Shown: positions 24,845 to 34,282, counted from the first letter of the stretch. The stretch is DNA of 64,000 nucleotides from an uncultured Solirubrobacterales bacterium (GCA_963795745.1 CAWCIT010000008.1:184232-248231); one strand, 5' to 3'. Translations and numbers: made by a program. The notes: a model not told the origin generated them from the letters alone.

Positions 24845-27800
24845 TCAGGCCGCCTTGGCCAGGTAGCTGCGCCCGGCCCGCAGCACGATCTGGCGCCGGG
24901 TGCGGCAGATCAGTGACCACGACCACACCGCGCTGCACGGCCGTCAGCGTGCCGTCGCAGCGATCCGTCGTCGTCCACATCGTGCCGCGCACCGTCGCCG
25001 CGCTGTAGCGCCCGCGCGTGCGGAACCTCCCCTTGACGTTCGCCCGCAGCAGGTTGAGGACCGTCTTCGGCAGCGCCTTGGCGGCCGCCGTCTGGGCGGT
25101 GGCGGCGTTGCCGGCCGGTGGACACCGTTTGGTCGCGCTGCTCTGGGCCACCAGCCGCAGCTCGCTGAGGCCGCGCTCCCGGCGGTTCTGCAGAAGTCGG
25201 AACAGACCGCCGCCGAACTCCCCGGACTGCACCCGGCTCCGGGTGGCGGTCGCCGTGGTCAGCCGCGCCACGCCCTTGCTGGCGTCGAAGATCGTCCCCA
25301 CGGGCAGCTGGCGCGCCTCGGTCAGCGGGATGAAGCCCACGCCCTTGGCCGCGCTCGCGTGGGCCGCGGCGACGTGCCCGGCGCCGGGGAGGAGCACGTA
25401 GACGACGCCGCTGACCGGGACGGCGTTGAACGTCCTCCCGAGCAGCGGGGGCGGCGGTGGGGGATCGGTCGCCGTCTTGAACGTCGCATCCGCGCCCGGG
25501 GTCACGCCCTGGGGATTGGTGGCCACCGCCCGAACGTGGTAGCTGCTGTTCGGGAGCAGGCCGGCGACCCGGGCGGTGACCACGTGGGCGGCGAAGTCGG
25601 ACCCCACCGTCTGCTCCGGCGTGCGCGCGGCGTAGGTGATCGCCGCCGCGCTCGCCCCGGCCGGCGCCACCGCCGCGTACTCGAAGTGCATCGTCGTGGG
25701 CAGGCCCTCGGGGTTGATCGTCGCGGTGAACTGGGCGCTCGAGCTGCTGAGCACCTGCGGCGGACCGACCTGCAACGTCGGCGCCTGGTGTCCCGAACTG
25801 GCCGACCCGACCGCCCCGCCCGCGGTCGCGGCACCGGTCGTCGTACCGCCGGTGGTGGGGGCGCCAGTCGTCCCGCCGCCGGTCGTCCCGCCGCCGGTCG
25901 TCCCGCCGGTCGTCGCACCGCCGGTCGTCCCGCCGCCCGCCGTGCCAGCGCCGGTCGACTGCGGCGGGACGTAGGCGTACCGGTCGGCGGCGCCGGCCGC
26001 GCTGGTCCCGGCCGCTGTCGTCACCGTCACGTCGACGGTCCCCGTCCCCGGCGGGGTGAGGGCTACGAGCCGCGTGCCGGCGGCATCGACGCTCAGGATC
26101 GTCCCGGGCCTCGAGCCGAAGCTGACCGCCTTCGCCCCGCCGAGGCCAGTGCCGAAGACGACGACGCCGTCCCCGCCCGCGGTCGAGCCCGACGCCGGCG
26201 CCAGGCTCGCGATCACCGGGCCGCCGGCGGGCGGACCGTGGGTGACCGTGGTTCCGGGCGCGACGCACGAGGGATCGTCGGCTCCGGTCCAGGTCAGCTC
26301 CACCTGGACCGACCCGGGCGCTCCGGTCTCACCGACCAGGGTGATCAGGAACTGAGGCAGGCCGTTGGCCGTCGCGAGGTTGAGCCCGGTCAGGTCGACC
26401 GCGCCCGTGCTGTCGAGCGGCCGCGAAGGCGCGTTCGGGATCGGATTGCCGTCCCCGTCCTCGAAGGCGACCGAGCCGCTGGTGTAGGTGCCGGGCGCGG
26501 GCGAGAGCACCTTCAGCGAGGTGAACTGGCTTGGCATGCACAGTGAGCTGGGCACGACGACGCCCGAGGCCAGGACGCGGATCGGCCCCTGGCCGCAGCC
26601 GCTCCCGGTGAACGCATCGAAGTTCTGGATCTGACCCGAGCCGCCGTCGGCGTTGACCCAGATGCACGTCGGGCGCTGCGGATCCGGGTTGACCGTGTAG
26701 AGGAAGCTCAGGTTGCTGAGGCTCTTGGGGAAGTTGGCGCACGCCGCGGAGGTGCTGTAGTCGTAGCAGAGGACATGGTCGGTGTTGCCGTCGGGGACGT
26801 AGACGCGGGGGCCCAGCACGAAGGCCGGGCCGTTCCAGCCGTCGGTCGGGGTGATCACGGTGGCCAGTCCGGCCGGGGCGGCGACCGGCGCGCCGGCCAG
26901 GCTGAAGCAGGGGGTGTTGGGGCTGGGCAGGCAGAGCCCGGTGACGGTGCCGGAGGCGCTCAGGAGCGGGAAGGGCGCCCCGTAGTTGGAGGCGTAGGAG
27001 AAGTCGAGCTTGACCGGCCAGGAGCCCGAGCAGTTGCCGCCGGCGGTGGCGTCGTAGCAGGCCAGCTCTTCGGTGCCGCCGACGGTGACCGGGACGATCA
27101 CCTGGCCGGCGATCGCCGCCGTGGCCGGCGCGGGGAAGGTCTGATTCGTGAGGGTCCCGCTCCCGACCGAGACCGCGTACGGCTGCCCGGCGCAGGCGGC
27201 AAAGGTCGTCAGGTCGAAGCAGAGCAGCTTGTTCTCGGCGCCGGTGACGGGGGCGCCGTCGACGTAGTTGAAGGCGTACCAGCGCGTGCCCACCACCACG
27301 GGATCGCTTATCCCACTCGTTCCTGGCGACGCCTCGCCGGCCCCGGTGAGCGCGGTGAACCCGCAGAACGGCTTGGGCGGAGTCGCCGCCGCCTGCGCCG
27401 TGTCGATGCAGACGACACCGGCTGTCTGGTCGTTGGTCCGGGTGGCGAACACGTACAGGTGCCCGCTGGCCTGGTCGAGCCAGAGCCCGGGTTGGCTCGA
27501 GGTGGCGAAGTCGTTGCCGTTCGCGTCGGTGACGGTCTCCGGCGCCCAGCACGGCGAGGCGTCGGTCTGGAGATGGCAGGCGACCTGAAGCGTGCCGGCG
27601 TGGTGGAAGACGTTGTAGACGGCGGTCGGCGTCATCGCGACCGCCCATCCGTCACCGCCGCCGCTGCCGGCGAAGGTCGACGCCGGGGGCACGGGGATGG
27701 TCACCGTGGCCGTGTAGGTCGCCTGCGGCGCGCCCGCCGCCCACGCCGTCTCGACGGACCCGACCGATCCGACGCCGAGCGCCGCCGCGACCGACGCCAT

Positions 27801-27869
27801 CAACAGCCGGAGGCGTCGGCGCCGCCTGCGAATCGGTTGTGAACTTCCTCTCTCCACGAAGGCCCCCAC
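24845..27869 (-). CDS. Large secreted protein: signal peptide, 7-fold Cys-pair repeat (propeller-like) domain, IPT/TIG, Gly/Thr linker, FN3-like domain and the same C-terminal module as 19546..24732. It has an apparent 1-nt frameshift near the 3' end
   Basis: The tracked ORF 24600..27869 matches its paralog up to ...TAVQRGVVVVTDL, then diverges. Alignment to 19546..19625 shows one extra base near 24905. Reading past it in the other frame restores RTRRQIVLRAGRSYLAKAA and a stop at 24845-24847. Signal peptide: RRRRRRLRLLMASVAAALGVGSVGSVETAWA. The start could be GTG 27869 or the GTG 4 codons downstream, which is preceded by AAGGTGGGGG. Confidence 0.75.
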
Positions 27870-27928
27870 CTTCTCGACGCGGCCACGGCCGAGCCTGAGG
27901 GCCGACCGGAGATCTGTCGATTGACCGG

Positions 27929-27957
27929 ATTCTACGCCCCGGGCGGGGGCGGCGCAA
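27929..27957 (-). promoter_or_regulatory. Candidate sigma-70-type promoter for the 24845..27869 gene (-35 TTGCGC, 17-nt spacer, -10 TAGAAT)
   Basis: The minus strand reads cTTGCGCcgcccccgcccggggcgTAGAATccggtc. This is about 55-60 nt upstream of the GTG start, in the only sizeable intergenic gap upstream of the block. Confidence 0.4.
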
Positions 27958-27968
27958 GCGGTCGGCGG

Positions 27969-28745
27969 CTAGCGCTGGGGGAGGGCGAGCCGGCCGCGCC
28001 GGCGGCGGGCTCGGCGGGCGATCGCGACGTGGCCGTGCTCCTCGAGCGCCTCGTAGAGGCCGCGAATCGCCGCGAAGATCTCGTCGGCCACCTCCTGCTG
28101 GCGCTCGCGCGAGGCGCCGGGCTGCGCGTCGAAATGGAGCGCGTCGCCGTAGTGGACGCTGACCCGGGGGAAGCTCAGCCGCTTCCAGTCACGGATCTTG
28201 GCCGACCCGTGGATGGCCACCGGCACCACGGGGGCCCCGGACTCGAGCGCCAGGCGACCGATGCCCGGCTTGGCGCGGTCCTGGAGCTCGCCGGTGCGGG
28301 AGCGTCCGCCCTCGCAGTACATGGCGACCACGCCGCCGCGGGAGAGGATCGTCTCGGCGGTCACGAACGCCTCCTCGTCGCGCGCGCCCCGGCGGACGGG
28401 AAAGACGCCGCCGTGGCTGTAGACCCACTTCATCGGGCCGGTGAACAGCTGCGACTTGGCCATGAACCGGACCTTGCGGCGGATATAGCAGCCGAGGAGG
28501 AAGTGGTCCATGAACGAGAAGTGGTTGGGCGCGAGGATCGCGTGACCTCGGGCGGGGACCTTCTCGGCGCAGATCGACCGCGTCCGCAGCAGCGTGTAGG
28601 CGTAGAGCGAGGTGATCACCCGCACGACGGTGTACACCCAGTTGGGCTCGCGCGTGCGCGACCGCGCGTGGAAGCGGTCGAAGTACTCCTTCGGCCGCGG
28701 GTCCTTGTAGACCTGCTCCTTCATCTGGACCGTCGGGCCGCTCAT
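27969..28745 (-). CDS. plsC: 1-acyl-sn-glycerol-3-phosphate acyltransferase
   Basis: The HX4D motif in LAPNHFSFMDHF, the FMAK motif, and the YCEGGRSRTG and PVVPVAIHG blocks, 258 aa. Confidence 0.9.
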   Translation of the reverse strand: MSGPTVQMKEQVYKDPRPKEYFDRFHARSRTREPNWVYTVVRVITSLYAYTLLRTRSICAEKVPARGHAILAPNHFSFMDHFLLGCYIRRKVRFMAKSQLFTGPMKWVYSHGGVFPVRRGARDEEAFVTAETILSRGGVVAMYCEGGRSRTGELQDRAKPGIGRLALESGAPVVPVAIHGSAKIRDWKRLSFPRVSVHYGDALHFDAQPGASRERQQEVADEIFAAIRGLYEALEEHGHVAIARRARRRRGRLALPQR

Positions 28746-28776
28746 CCGGAAATCGTACGCCGCGCGCCGCCGAAAG

Positions 28777-30252
28777 TTACCCGCGCCCGGGCGTGACGTG
28801 CCCGAGCGCGGCGTGCCAGCCGGCCAGGAGCTCGTCCCGCTCGGCGGGGTCCATCCGCGGCTCGAAGCGGGCGCCCTCGCGCCAGCGGGAGCTGACCCCG
28901 TGCTGCGTCCAGAGGCCGGCGCCGACGCCGGCCAGGCAGGCGGCCCCGTAGGCGGTGGTCTCGGGGAGCCGCGGCAGGACCACCGGCACCGCGAGGACGT
29001 CGGCCTGGAACTGCATCAGCCAGCGGTTGACGCTCGCCCCGCCGTCGGCCCGCAGCTCGGGCAGCGGCGCGTCGCCGGCGGCCTCGATCGCGCGGATCGC
29101 GTCGACCGTCTGGTAGGCGATCGCCTCGAGCGCCGCCCGCGCCAGATGCGTTCGGCCGGTGCCCCGGGTCAGGCCGACGATGGTCCCCCGGGCGTGCGGG
29201 TCCCAGTGGGGCGAGCCGAGGCCGGTGAGCGCCGGGACGAAGTAGACGCCGTCGTTGGACTCGAGCGATCCGGCCAGGGCCTCGGTCTCGGCCGCGGCGG
29301 CGATCACGCCCAAGCCGTCGCGCAGCCACTGGACGGCGGCGCCGGTGACGAAGATCGCCGCCTCGAGCGCGTAGACGAGCGCGTCGCCGATCCCCCACGC
29401 GACGGTGGTCAGAAGGCCGCGGGCGGGCGGCGGCGGGCGGCGGCCGGCGTTGATGAGGACGAACGACCCCGTCCCGTAGGTGTTCTTGCCCATGCCCGTC
29501 GCGAGGCACGCCTGGCCGAAGAGCGCCGCCTGCTGGTCGCCAGCGACGCCGCAGACCTCGACTTGGTGGCCATGGAGCGCGTTCGGGCGGGTTCGGCCGT
29601 GTGGTCCAGCGCTGGGACGGACCTCGGGCAGCGCCCGTTCGGGCACGCCGAACAGGTCGAGCAGTTCGGGGTCCCAGGCGCCGCGGCCGATGTCGTAGAG
29701 GAGGGTGCGCGAGGCGTTCGACGGGTCGGTCGAGAGCTCGCCGGTCAGGTTGAACACGAGCCAGGCGTCGATCGTCCCGAACACGGCGCGACCGTCGCGG
29801 ACGCGCTGGCGCAGGCCGTCGACGTTCTCGATCAGCCACTCGATCTTCGTCGCCGTGAAGTACGGATCGAGCACGAGCCCGGTCCGGGCGCGAACGAGCT
29901 CCTCGTGCCCGGCCGCCCGGAGCTCCTCGCACCGGAACGCCGTCCGCCGGTCCTGCCACACCAGCGCCCGATGGAGCGGCTCGCCCGTCGCCGGATCCCA
30001 GACGACGACGGTCTCGCGCTGATTGGTGATGCCGACGGCCTCGAGCTGGCCGGGGCGGACGCCGGCGTCGTCCAGCGCCTCGCCGGCCACGGCCTGCGTG
30101 ACGAGCCAGATCTCCCGGGCATCGTGCTCGACCCAGCCGGGGCGGGGGAAGTGCTGAGCGAACTCACGATAGGCGCGCCCGACGAGCTCGCCGTCGAGGT
30201 CGAAGACCAGGCACGTCGTGCCGCTGGTCCCCTGGTCGATGGCGAGGATCAT
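28777..30252 (-). CDS. glpK: Glycerol kinase
   Basis: MILAIDQGTSGTTCLVFD..., GWVEHDA.EIW, GITNQRETVVVWD, and C-terminal FGQ.C...G..KNTYGTG and ELRADGGAS.N..LMQFQAD: canonical FGGY/GlpK motifs. ATG 30252 was verified. The tracked ORF adds a 92-aa false extension. Confidence 0.95.
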   Translation of the reverse strand: MILAIDQGTSGTTCLVFDLDGELVGRAYREFAQHFPRPGWVEHDAREIWLVTQAVAGEALDDAGVRPGQLEAVGITNQRETVVVWDPATGEPLHRALVWQDRRTAFRCEELRAAGHEELVRARTGLVLDPYFTATKIEWLIENVDGLRQRVRDGRAVFGTIDAWLVFNLTGELSTDPSNASRTLLYDIGRGAWDPELLDLFGVPERALPEVRPSAGPHGRTRPNALHGHQVEVCGVAGDQQAALFGQACLATGMGKNTYGTGSFVLINAGRRPPPPARGLLTTVAWGIGDALVYALEAAIFVTGAAVQWLRDGLGVIAAAAETEALAGSLESNDGVYFVPALTGLGSPHWDPHARGTIVGLTRGTGRTHLARAALEAIAYQTVDAIRAIEAAGDAPLPELRADGGASVNRWLMQFQADVLAVPVVLPRLPETTAYGAACLAGVGAGLWTQHGVSSRWREGARFEPRMDPAERDELLAGWHAALGHVTPGRG

Positions 30253-30382
30253 CGGCGCGAGGATAGAGCCCGGTTCGCGCCGCCGAGCACGGTGCTCACG
30301 ACGAGCGGGGCGGCGGTGATCGAGCGCCCCGGGTGCGCGACGCGACCAGGGTCGGGTTCGAGAGCCGGGTCGTCGGAAGGGC

Positions 30383-30930
30383 GTGGCCAGGACGCACGCG
30401 TTGGAGGCGCTCATCATCTGCGGGTTCCTGCGGGGCCTCTCGGTGCGCGACGTCGAGGCGGCGCTGGAGGAGTGCTTCGGTGAGCGGGTGATCGGCAAGT
30501 CGACCGTCGCCCGGGTCTGCAAGGACACCGCCGCTCGGTATGCCAGCTGGTGCGAGCGTGACCTGGGCGTCCACGATCTGATCTACCTGTATCTGGACGC
30601 GATCTATCTCAAGCTGCGCCCCGCGGATGAGCCGGCCGAGGGCGTCCTGGTCGCGTGGGGCATCACCCTGGAGAACCAGAAGGTTCTGCTCGGCCTCCAG
30701 CTCGGCGCGCGCGTGAGCTGCGAGTCGTGGCTTGACTTCGGGCGCGACCTGACGCGCCGCGGCCTGCGGGCACCGGCGCTCATCGTCGCCGACGGCGCCG
30801 CGGGGATCTGGAAGGCAACCCGGGAGCTGTGGCCCGGTGCCCGGGAGCAGCGGTGCACGGCGCACGCGTTGTGCGCATCACCGCCAAGTTGCCCGAGCGA
30901 CTGCTCGCTGAGGTCAAGGCCCGCTACCGC
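30383..30930 (+). pseudogene. IS256-family (Mutator-type) transposase remnant: N-terminally truncated, frameshifted and 3'-truncated
   Basis: LIICGFLRGLSVRDVEAAL..., YLYLDAIYLKLR, LVAWGITLENQKVLLGLQ, LIVADGAAGIWKA... are typical Transposase_mut blocks. The continuation ...ITAKLPERLLAEVKARY lies in another frame (ORF 30829..31074). It stops where an oppositely oriented IS110 fragment begins. Confidence 0.8.
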
Positions 30931-31118
30931 CAGCCCGTCATCGCCTCGACCGCGACGATGACCTCCCGGCCCTCGGCCGTCAGACGCGCGAGGAATGCGC
31001 GGACCGTCGCGCGGTTCGCTGGCCGGATCCGGCCGGTCCGGACCTCGCCGGTCGCGACGTCGAGCGCGTCGTAGGTGATCTGAGCGCGATGCACATCCAA
31101 ACCAACGAAAGTCGCCAC
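30931..31118 (-). pseudogene. IS110-family transposase N-terminal fragment
   Basis: MATFVGLDVHRAQITYDALDVATGEVRTGRIRPANRATVRAFLARLTAEGREVIVAVEAMTGW is the DEDD_Tnp_IS110 N-terminal domain only. It is cut off at about 30930. Confidence 0.75.
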
Positions 31119-31310
31119 GAGGGCCTCCCAGCCTCGATCAACAGAGAGACCGATGCTCCGAAACGACCCGGACGGCTCCTCCTACATGCGATCTTTCTCG
31201 CGGGCGATCAGGCCGGCGCGCCGGCGCGGATGCTGGCCGCGACGCCGCAGCCTGCCCGCATTCTCAGGGGGCGTTCCCAGGACAGCAGCGAGCCAGCCGC
31301 CCGTCCCCGG

Positions 31311-31560
31311 GTCAGAGGTCGGCGAAGAACTCCGGCGTGACCCGGATCTCCTCGACCTGGCGGCACGGTTCGCCGGATGCCGAGCTCGTGTTGCTTGGGC
31401 AGACCACAGAGCTGGTCACCATCGATCAGGTCGACCGGCGGCGCGCCGTCGCGTGTTGCTTTCTGCTTCGCGTCGGCGGTGAACCTGCCGGTCGTGATCA
31501 GGAGTCGCCTGTACGGCGTTCTTCGGCCCTGCGCCCCGTCGACGCGACCGAATGGTCGCC
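31311..31560 (-). pseudogene. Mrr-like (type IV restriction endonuclease, Mrr_cat) C-terminal remnant, frameshifted
   Basis: My minus-strand translation gives ...LLITTGRFTADAKQKATRDGAPPVDLIDGDQLCGLPKQHELGI. After a frame change it reads ...QVEEIRVTPEFFADL followed by a stop. This matches the usual C-terminal end of Mrr-type enzymes. No intact N-terminal part is present. Confidence 0.4.
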
Positions 31561-31724
31561 CGCGCCCGCGTTCTATCCGCCCGCGTGGCTAGGCTACCGC
31601 CCGTGGTGGGGGCGAGCAGCCGCCTCAGCTCGACGCCGATCGTCTCCCCCACCCCGCTCGTCAGAGCGGAAGGCACGTCGTTTATCAACCGGTCCAGAGG
31701 AGCGTAGTCGGACGGCCAGACGGC

Positions 31725-32428
31725 ACCTAGCGCCCTACGCACAGCCCGACGTGGAGTGCGTCAGGAAGAAGCGCTGCCGAATTCCGCGGCGGTGATCTCG
31801 CCGCGTTGCAGGGCAAGGGCGATCGCGTGGGGGCGCGTTTGCGCTCCCAGTTTGACGAGGACGTTCTGCAGGTGTGTGCGGACGGTGTCTGGCGAGATGA
31901 AGAGTTCGGCGGCGATCTGCGGGCCGCTTTCGCCGACCGCGACGCGCACGAGGATCTCGCGCTCCCGGGGGGAGAGGCGTCTGCCGCCGGTGGTGGCGGG
32001 GACCGACAGGGGCGCTTCGGTCTGGTTCATCAGGATCGAGAGGTGGAGGCCCGGCACGAAGTTCGGCGTCGCGCTGTACTCGACCGTGATGCGCGTGGAT
32101 TTGGCCGTGCACATCTCCCAGGTACCCTCGCCGCCGGTGTTGCCCGCGGTGAACGTGGGCCAGACCGTTTCGAGGAGCTCTTGGTCCTGGTCAGGCGTGA
32201 AGTCATCGATTCGCTTGCCGATGATCTCCTCGTGGGGGCACTCCAGCAGCAGGCCGCTGGCCTGGTTGCAGTCCACGTAGACGCGAGCGTTGTTGACGAT
32301 CAGCATCGCGTTACGGGTCCGCTCGAACACCGCCTCGAGGTGGTCGTGGCGCCAGTCGCGCGCCGAGCGGAACCCGGAATCGCGGCCAGGAGCGAACCAG
32401 GGACTGGCCGCTTGGTCGGGTACGCGCC
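31725..32428. repeat. Segmental duplication, copy 1 (PAS-LuxR gene plus flanks); continues at 33904..33950 after the IS3 insertion
   Basis: It aligns by eye with 34283..35022 at high identity, for example gtgatctcgccgcgttg[ct]agggcaagggcgatcgcgtgggggcgcgtttgcgctcccagtttgac in both copies. Confidence 0.85.
31761..32428 (-). CDS. PAS-domain / LuxR-type HTH (GerE) transcriptional regulator, copy 1; the 5' end is interrupted by an IS3-family insertion
   Basis: The C-terminus RLSPREREILVRVAVGESGPQIAAELFISPDTVRTHLQNVLVKLG is a LuxR/GerE HTH. A PAS-like region lies upstream (HLEAVFERTRNAMLIVNNARVYVDCNQASGLLLECPHEEIIGKRIDDF). The frame is intact up to the IS junction at ~32428. Any start would now lie in IS-derived sequence. 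Confidence 0.7.
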
Positions 32429-32484
32429 ATCGTTTTGAGACACGAATTTGTTTGGATCGGGTTTCCGAGTCGAAGGAGAAGACG

Positions 32485-32799
32485 ATGGCTCGTCCCCCGA
32501 TGTTCAGCGTGCAGGAGAAGCAGCGGATCGTGCTCAGCGTGTTGCGTGGCGAGGCGAGTGTGGCGGAGGCCGCGCGGCGCAACAAGTGCTCGGAGACGTC
32601 GATCGCGAAGTGGCGTGAGCAGTTCGTGCAGGCCGGCCTGGGTGCGCTGGCGGCGGGGGCGGAGCGGGGACCGTCGGCGCGCGAGGCGCAGCTCGAGCGC
32701 GAGCTCGGCGAGGTGACGCTGGCGCTGGGTGAGGCGCATGTCGAGTTGCGGCTGCTCAAGCGCGAGGGGGCGGGTTTCGCTTTGAGGAGCTTGAAGTGA
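32485..32799 (+). CDS. IS3-family transposase OrfA (HTH)
   Basis: MARPPMFSVQEKQRIVLSVLRGEASVAEAARRNKCSETSIAKWREQF, followed by a leucine-zipper-like tail. AAGGAGA lies upstream of ATG 32485. Confidence 0.85.
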   Translation: MARPPMFSVQEKQRIVLSVLRGEASVAEAARRNKCSETSIAKWREQFVQAGLGALAAGAERGPSAREAQLERELGEVTLALGEAHVELRLLKREGAGFALRSLK

Positions 32800-33713
32800 T
32801 CCGCGTGGAGGCGGGCCTGAGCGTCGAGCGGTTCTGCGCTGTCGCGGGGATCGCGAGGCCGACGTGGTATCGCTGGCGAGAGCGGGCGCTCGGCGGTCAG
32901 CCGGTGAAAGGGCCGTGGCCGCAGCCAACGCGTGATCGGGTGAGCGCGGTCGTGTTGGCGTACGCGCTGCGCTATCCGGCGTGGGGGCATCGAAAGATCT
33001 GGGCGTTGACCGTCGCCGATGGGCACCGCGTCAGCCAGCGCACGGTGCATCGCATCCTCGACGAGCACGGCCTGATCCATCCTGGCCGCTACCAGGCGCA
33101 GCGGCGCGAGCTCGCCCAGGCGCGCAGGCAGACGTTTCATGACCCGCCGACCAGGCGCAACCGGGTCTGGCAGACCGACTTCTCGGAGTTCGAGACCAGG
33201 GCCGGCGGGACGTGGCAACTCGGCGGGGTCGTTGATTACGTCGCGAAGTTCTGCCTGACGTGCCCGGTGACCGCGACGAAGACGTGGCGGGACGCCGTCG
33301 GCGCGCTCGAGGCCGCCAGGGAACGCGCCGGCGAGGTTCTCGGCCACCAGTTGATCGAGGATCTCGTCGATCGCCCGACGGGTGAGCTTCACCCGATCGT
33401 CGTCGTCAGCGACAACGGCCCGTGCTACAAGGCCGGCGCGTTCGCGCGCTACATCGCCTCGCGCCCGGAGTTCGAACACGTCCGCACCCGCCATCGCAGT
33501 CCGCAGACCAACGGGGTGATCGAGCGCTGGTATCAGTCGGTGAAGTACGAGCACCTCTACCTGCACGAGATCGACGACGGCCCCGCGCTCGCCGAGCAAG
33601 TCGCTGGCTACCAGCGCATCTACAACGACGAGCGGCCACACGAAGCGATCGACTGGGCCCGGCCACGCGAGCGCTACACCCAGACCCCCGCCCAACCCGA
33701 CCAGCCGGCATGA
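32796..33713 (+). CDS. IS3-family transposase OrfB (rve/DDE integrase core)
   Basis: WQTDFSEF...VVDYVAK...VVSDNGPCYKA...HRSPQTNGVIERWYQSVKYE: a DD(35)E integrase core. GTG 32796 overlaps the OrfA stop (GTGA). Confidence 0.9.
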   Translation: MIRVEAGLSVERFCAVAGIARPTWYRWRERALGGQPVKGPWPQPTRDRVSAVVLAYALRYPAWGHRKIWALTVADGHRVSQRTVHRILDEHGLIHPGRYQAQRRELAQARRQTFHDPPTRRNRVWQTDFSEFETRAGGTWQLGGVVDYVAKFCLTCPVTATKTWRDAVGALEAARERAGEVLGHQLIEDLVDRPTGELHPIVVVSDNGPCYKAGAFARYIASRPEFEHVRTRHRSPQTNGVIERWYQSVKYEHLYLHEIDDGPALAEQVAGYQRIYNDERPHEAIDWARPRERYTQTPAQPDQPA

Positions 33714-34024
33714 CCGCAACGCCCAAAGCTCTTCCTCCCCGTCCGGGACGATGTCCCGGACCTGGTTGCCCGGCAGCGGCGGCGGCGAGCCTTGTCACCC
33801 GCAGGGCGGCCCAACGGGCCGAGCGCGAAGCGCTTGACCAGGATCGCCGACACCGCTACCCAAGACCCCACATAGCAACGATCTGCCACACACCAACAAC
33901 GACCGCCCGGAATTTCCGGGCTGGGAACTCGGACACGAATACTCCTTGGGAAAGGGACAGTCAAGTGCCGGGAGGGTTGGTGTAGGAGTTCGCCGCTCAC
34001 TTCGTCGGTGGGTGCGTTGGCGCT

Positions 34025-34244
34025 TCAGGCCGCGATGAGGGAGGTGTTCGCCTCCTCGTTGTCTTTCTCGAGAGCGAGCGTCGTCGCGGTCGGGATTTCG
34101 TAGAGGCCGGCCATGGCTCGTCGGCTGGTAGCACGGCCGACGAGCCGCGTCGTTGGCTTTGATTGCGAGCATCGAGACGAGGCGGATCACTGAGGCGTCG
34201 TCGGGGAAGATGCCGACCGTTCGGTTTCGCGGGTGATCTCGCAT
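34025..34244 (-). pseudogene. IS256-family transposase 3'-terminal remnant (frameshifted)
   Basis: ...RNRTVGIFPDDASVIRLVSMLAIKAND... and, after a frame change, ...AMAGLYEIPTATTLALEKDNEEANTSLIAA followed by a stop (34025-34027). This matches the usual C-terminal end of Mutator-type transposases. Confidence 0.5.
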
Positions 34245-34282
34245 GAGGAGCAGTGCGAGCCGTCGCGCTCCGGTCGGCTCCG

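Larger units (their letters stand above)
32429..33903 (+). mobile_element. IS3-family-like insertion sequence (~1.48 kb, OrfA + OrfB) with a putative 4-bp target duplication CGCC
   Basis: Comparison with the uninterrupted paralog (34975..34990, gggtacgccccggaattgcc) brackets the insertion between ...gggtacgCGCC (32425-32428) and CGCCcggaatttcc (33904-33907). The terminal sequences are imperfectly inverted: aTCGTTtTgaGacac versus the reverse complement gTCGTTgTtgGtgtg. Confidence 0.7.

Noticed and set aside
25800-25960. Short tandem DNA repeats (ggtcgtcccgccgcc-type) that might superficially look like a repeat array or CRISPR
   Set aside because: There are no unique spacers. The repeats are 12-15 bp, contiguous and in frame, and they encode a Gly/Thr-rich linker (TTGG…) inside the 24845..27869 gene. 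The same reasoning applies to the PVVTPP and anti-sigma repeats. No CRISPR array is present.
26534-27737. Whether the Cys-pair propeller-like domain is the missing methylamine dehydrogenase heavy chain (MauB)
   Set aside because: I see no sequence resemblance to MauB as I remember it. The domain is also part of a much larger multi-domain secreted protein. I kept it only as a structural hypothesis in the findings.
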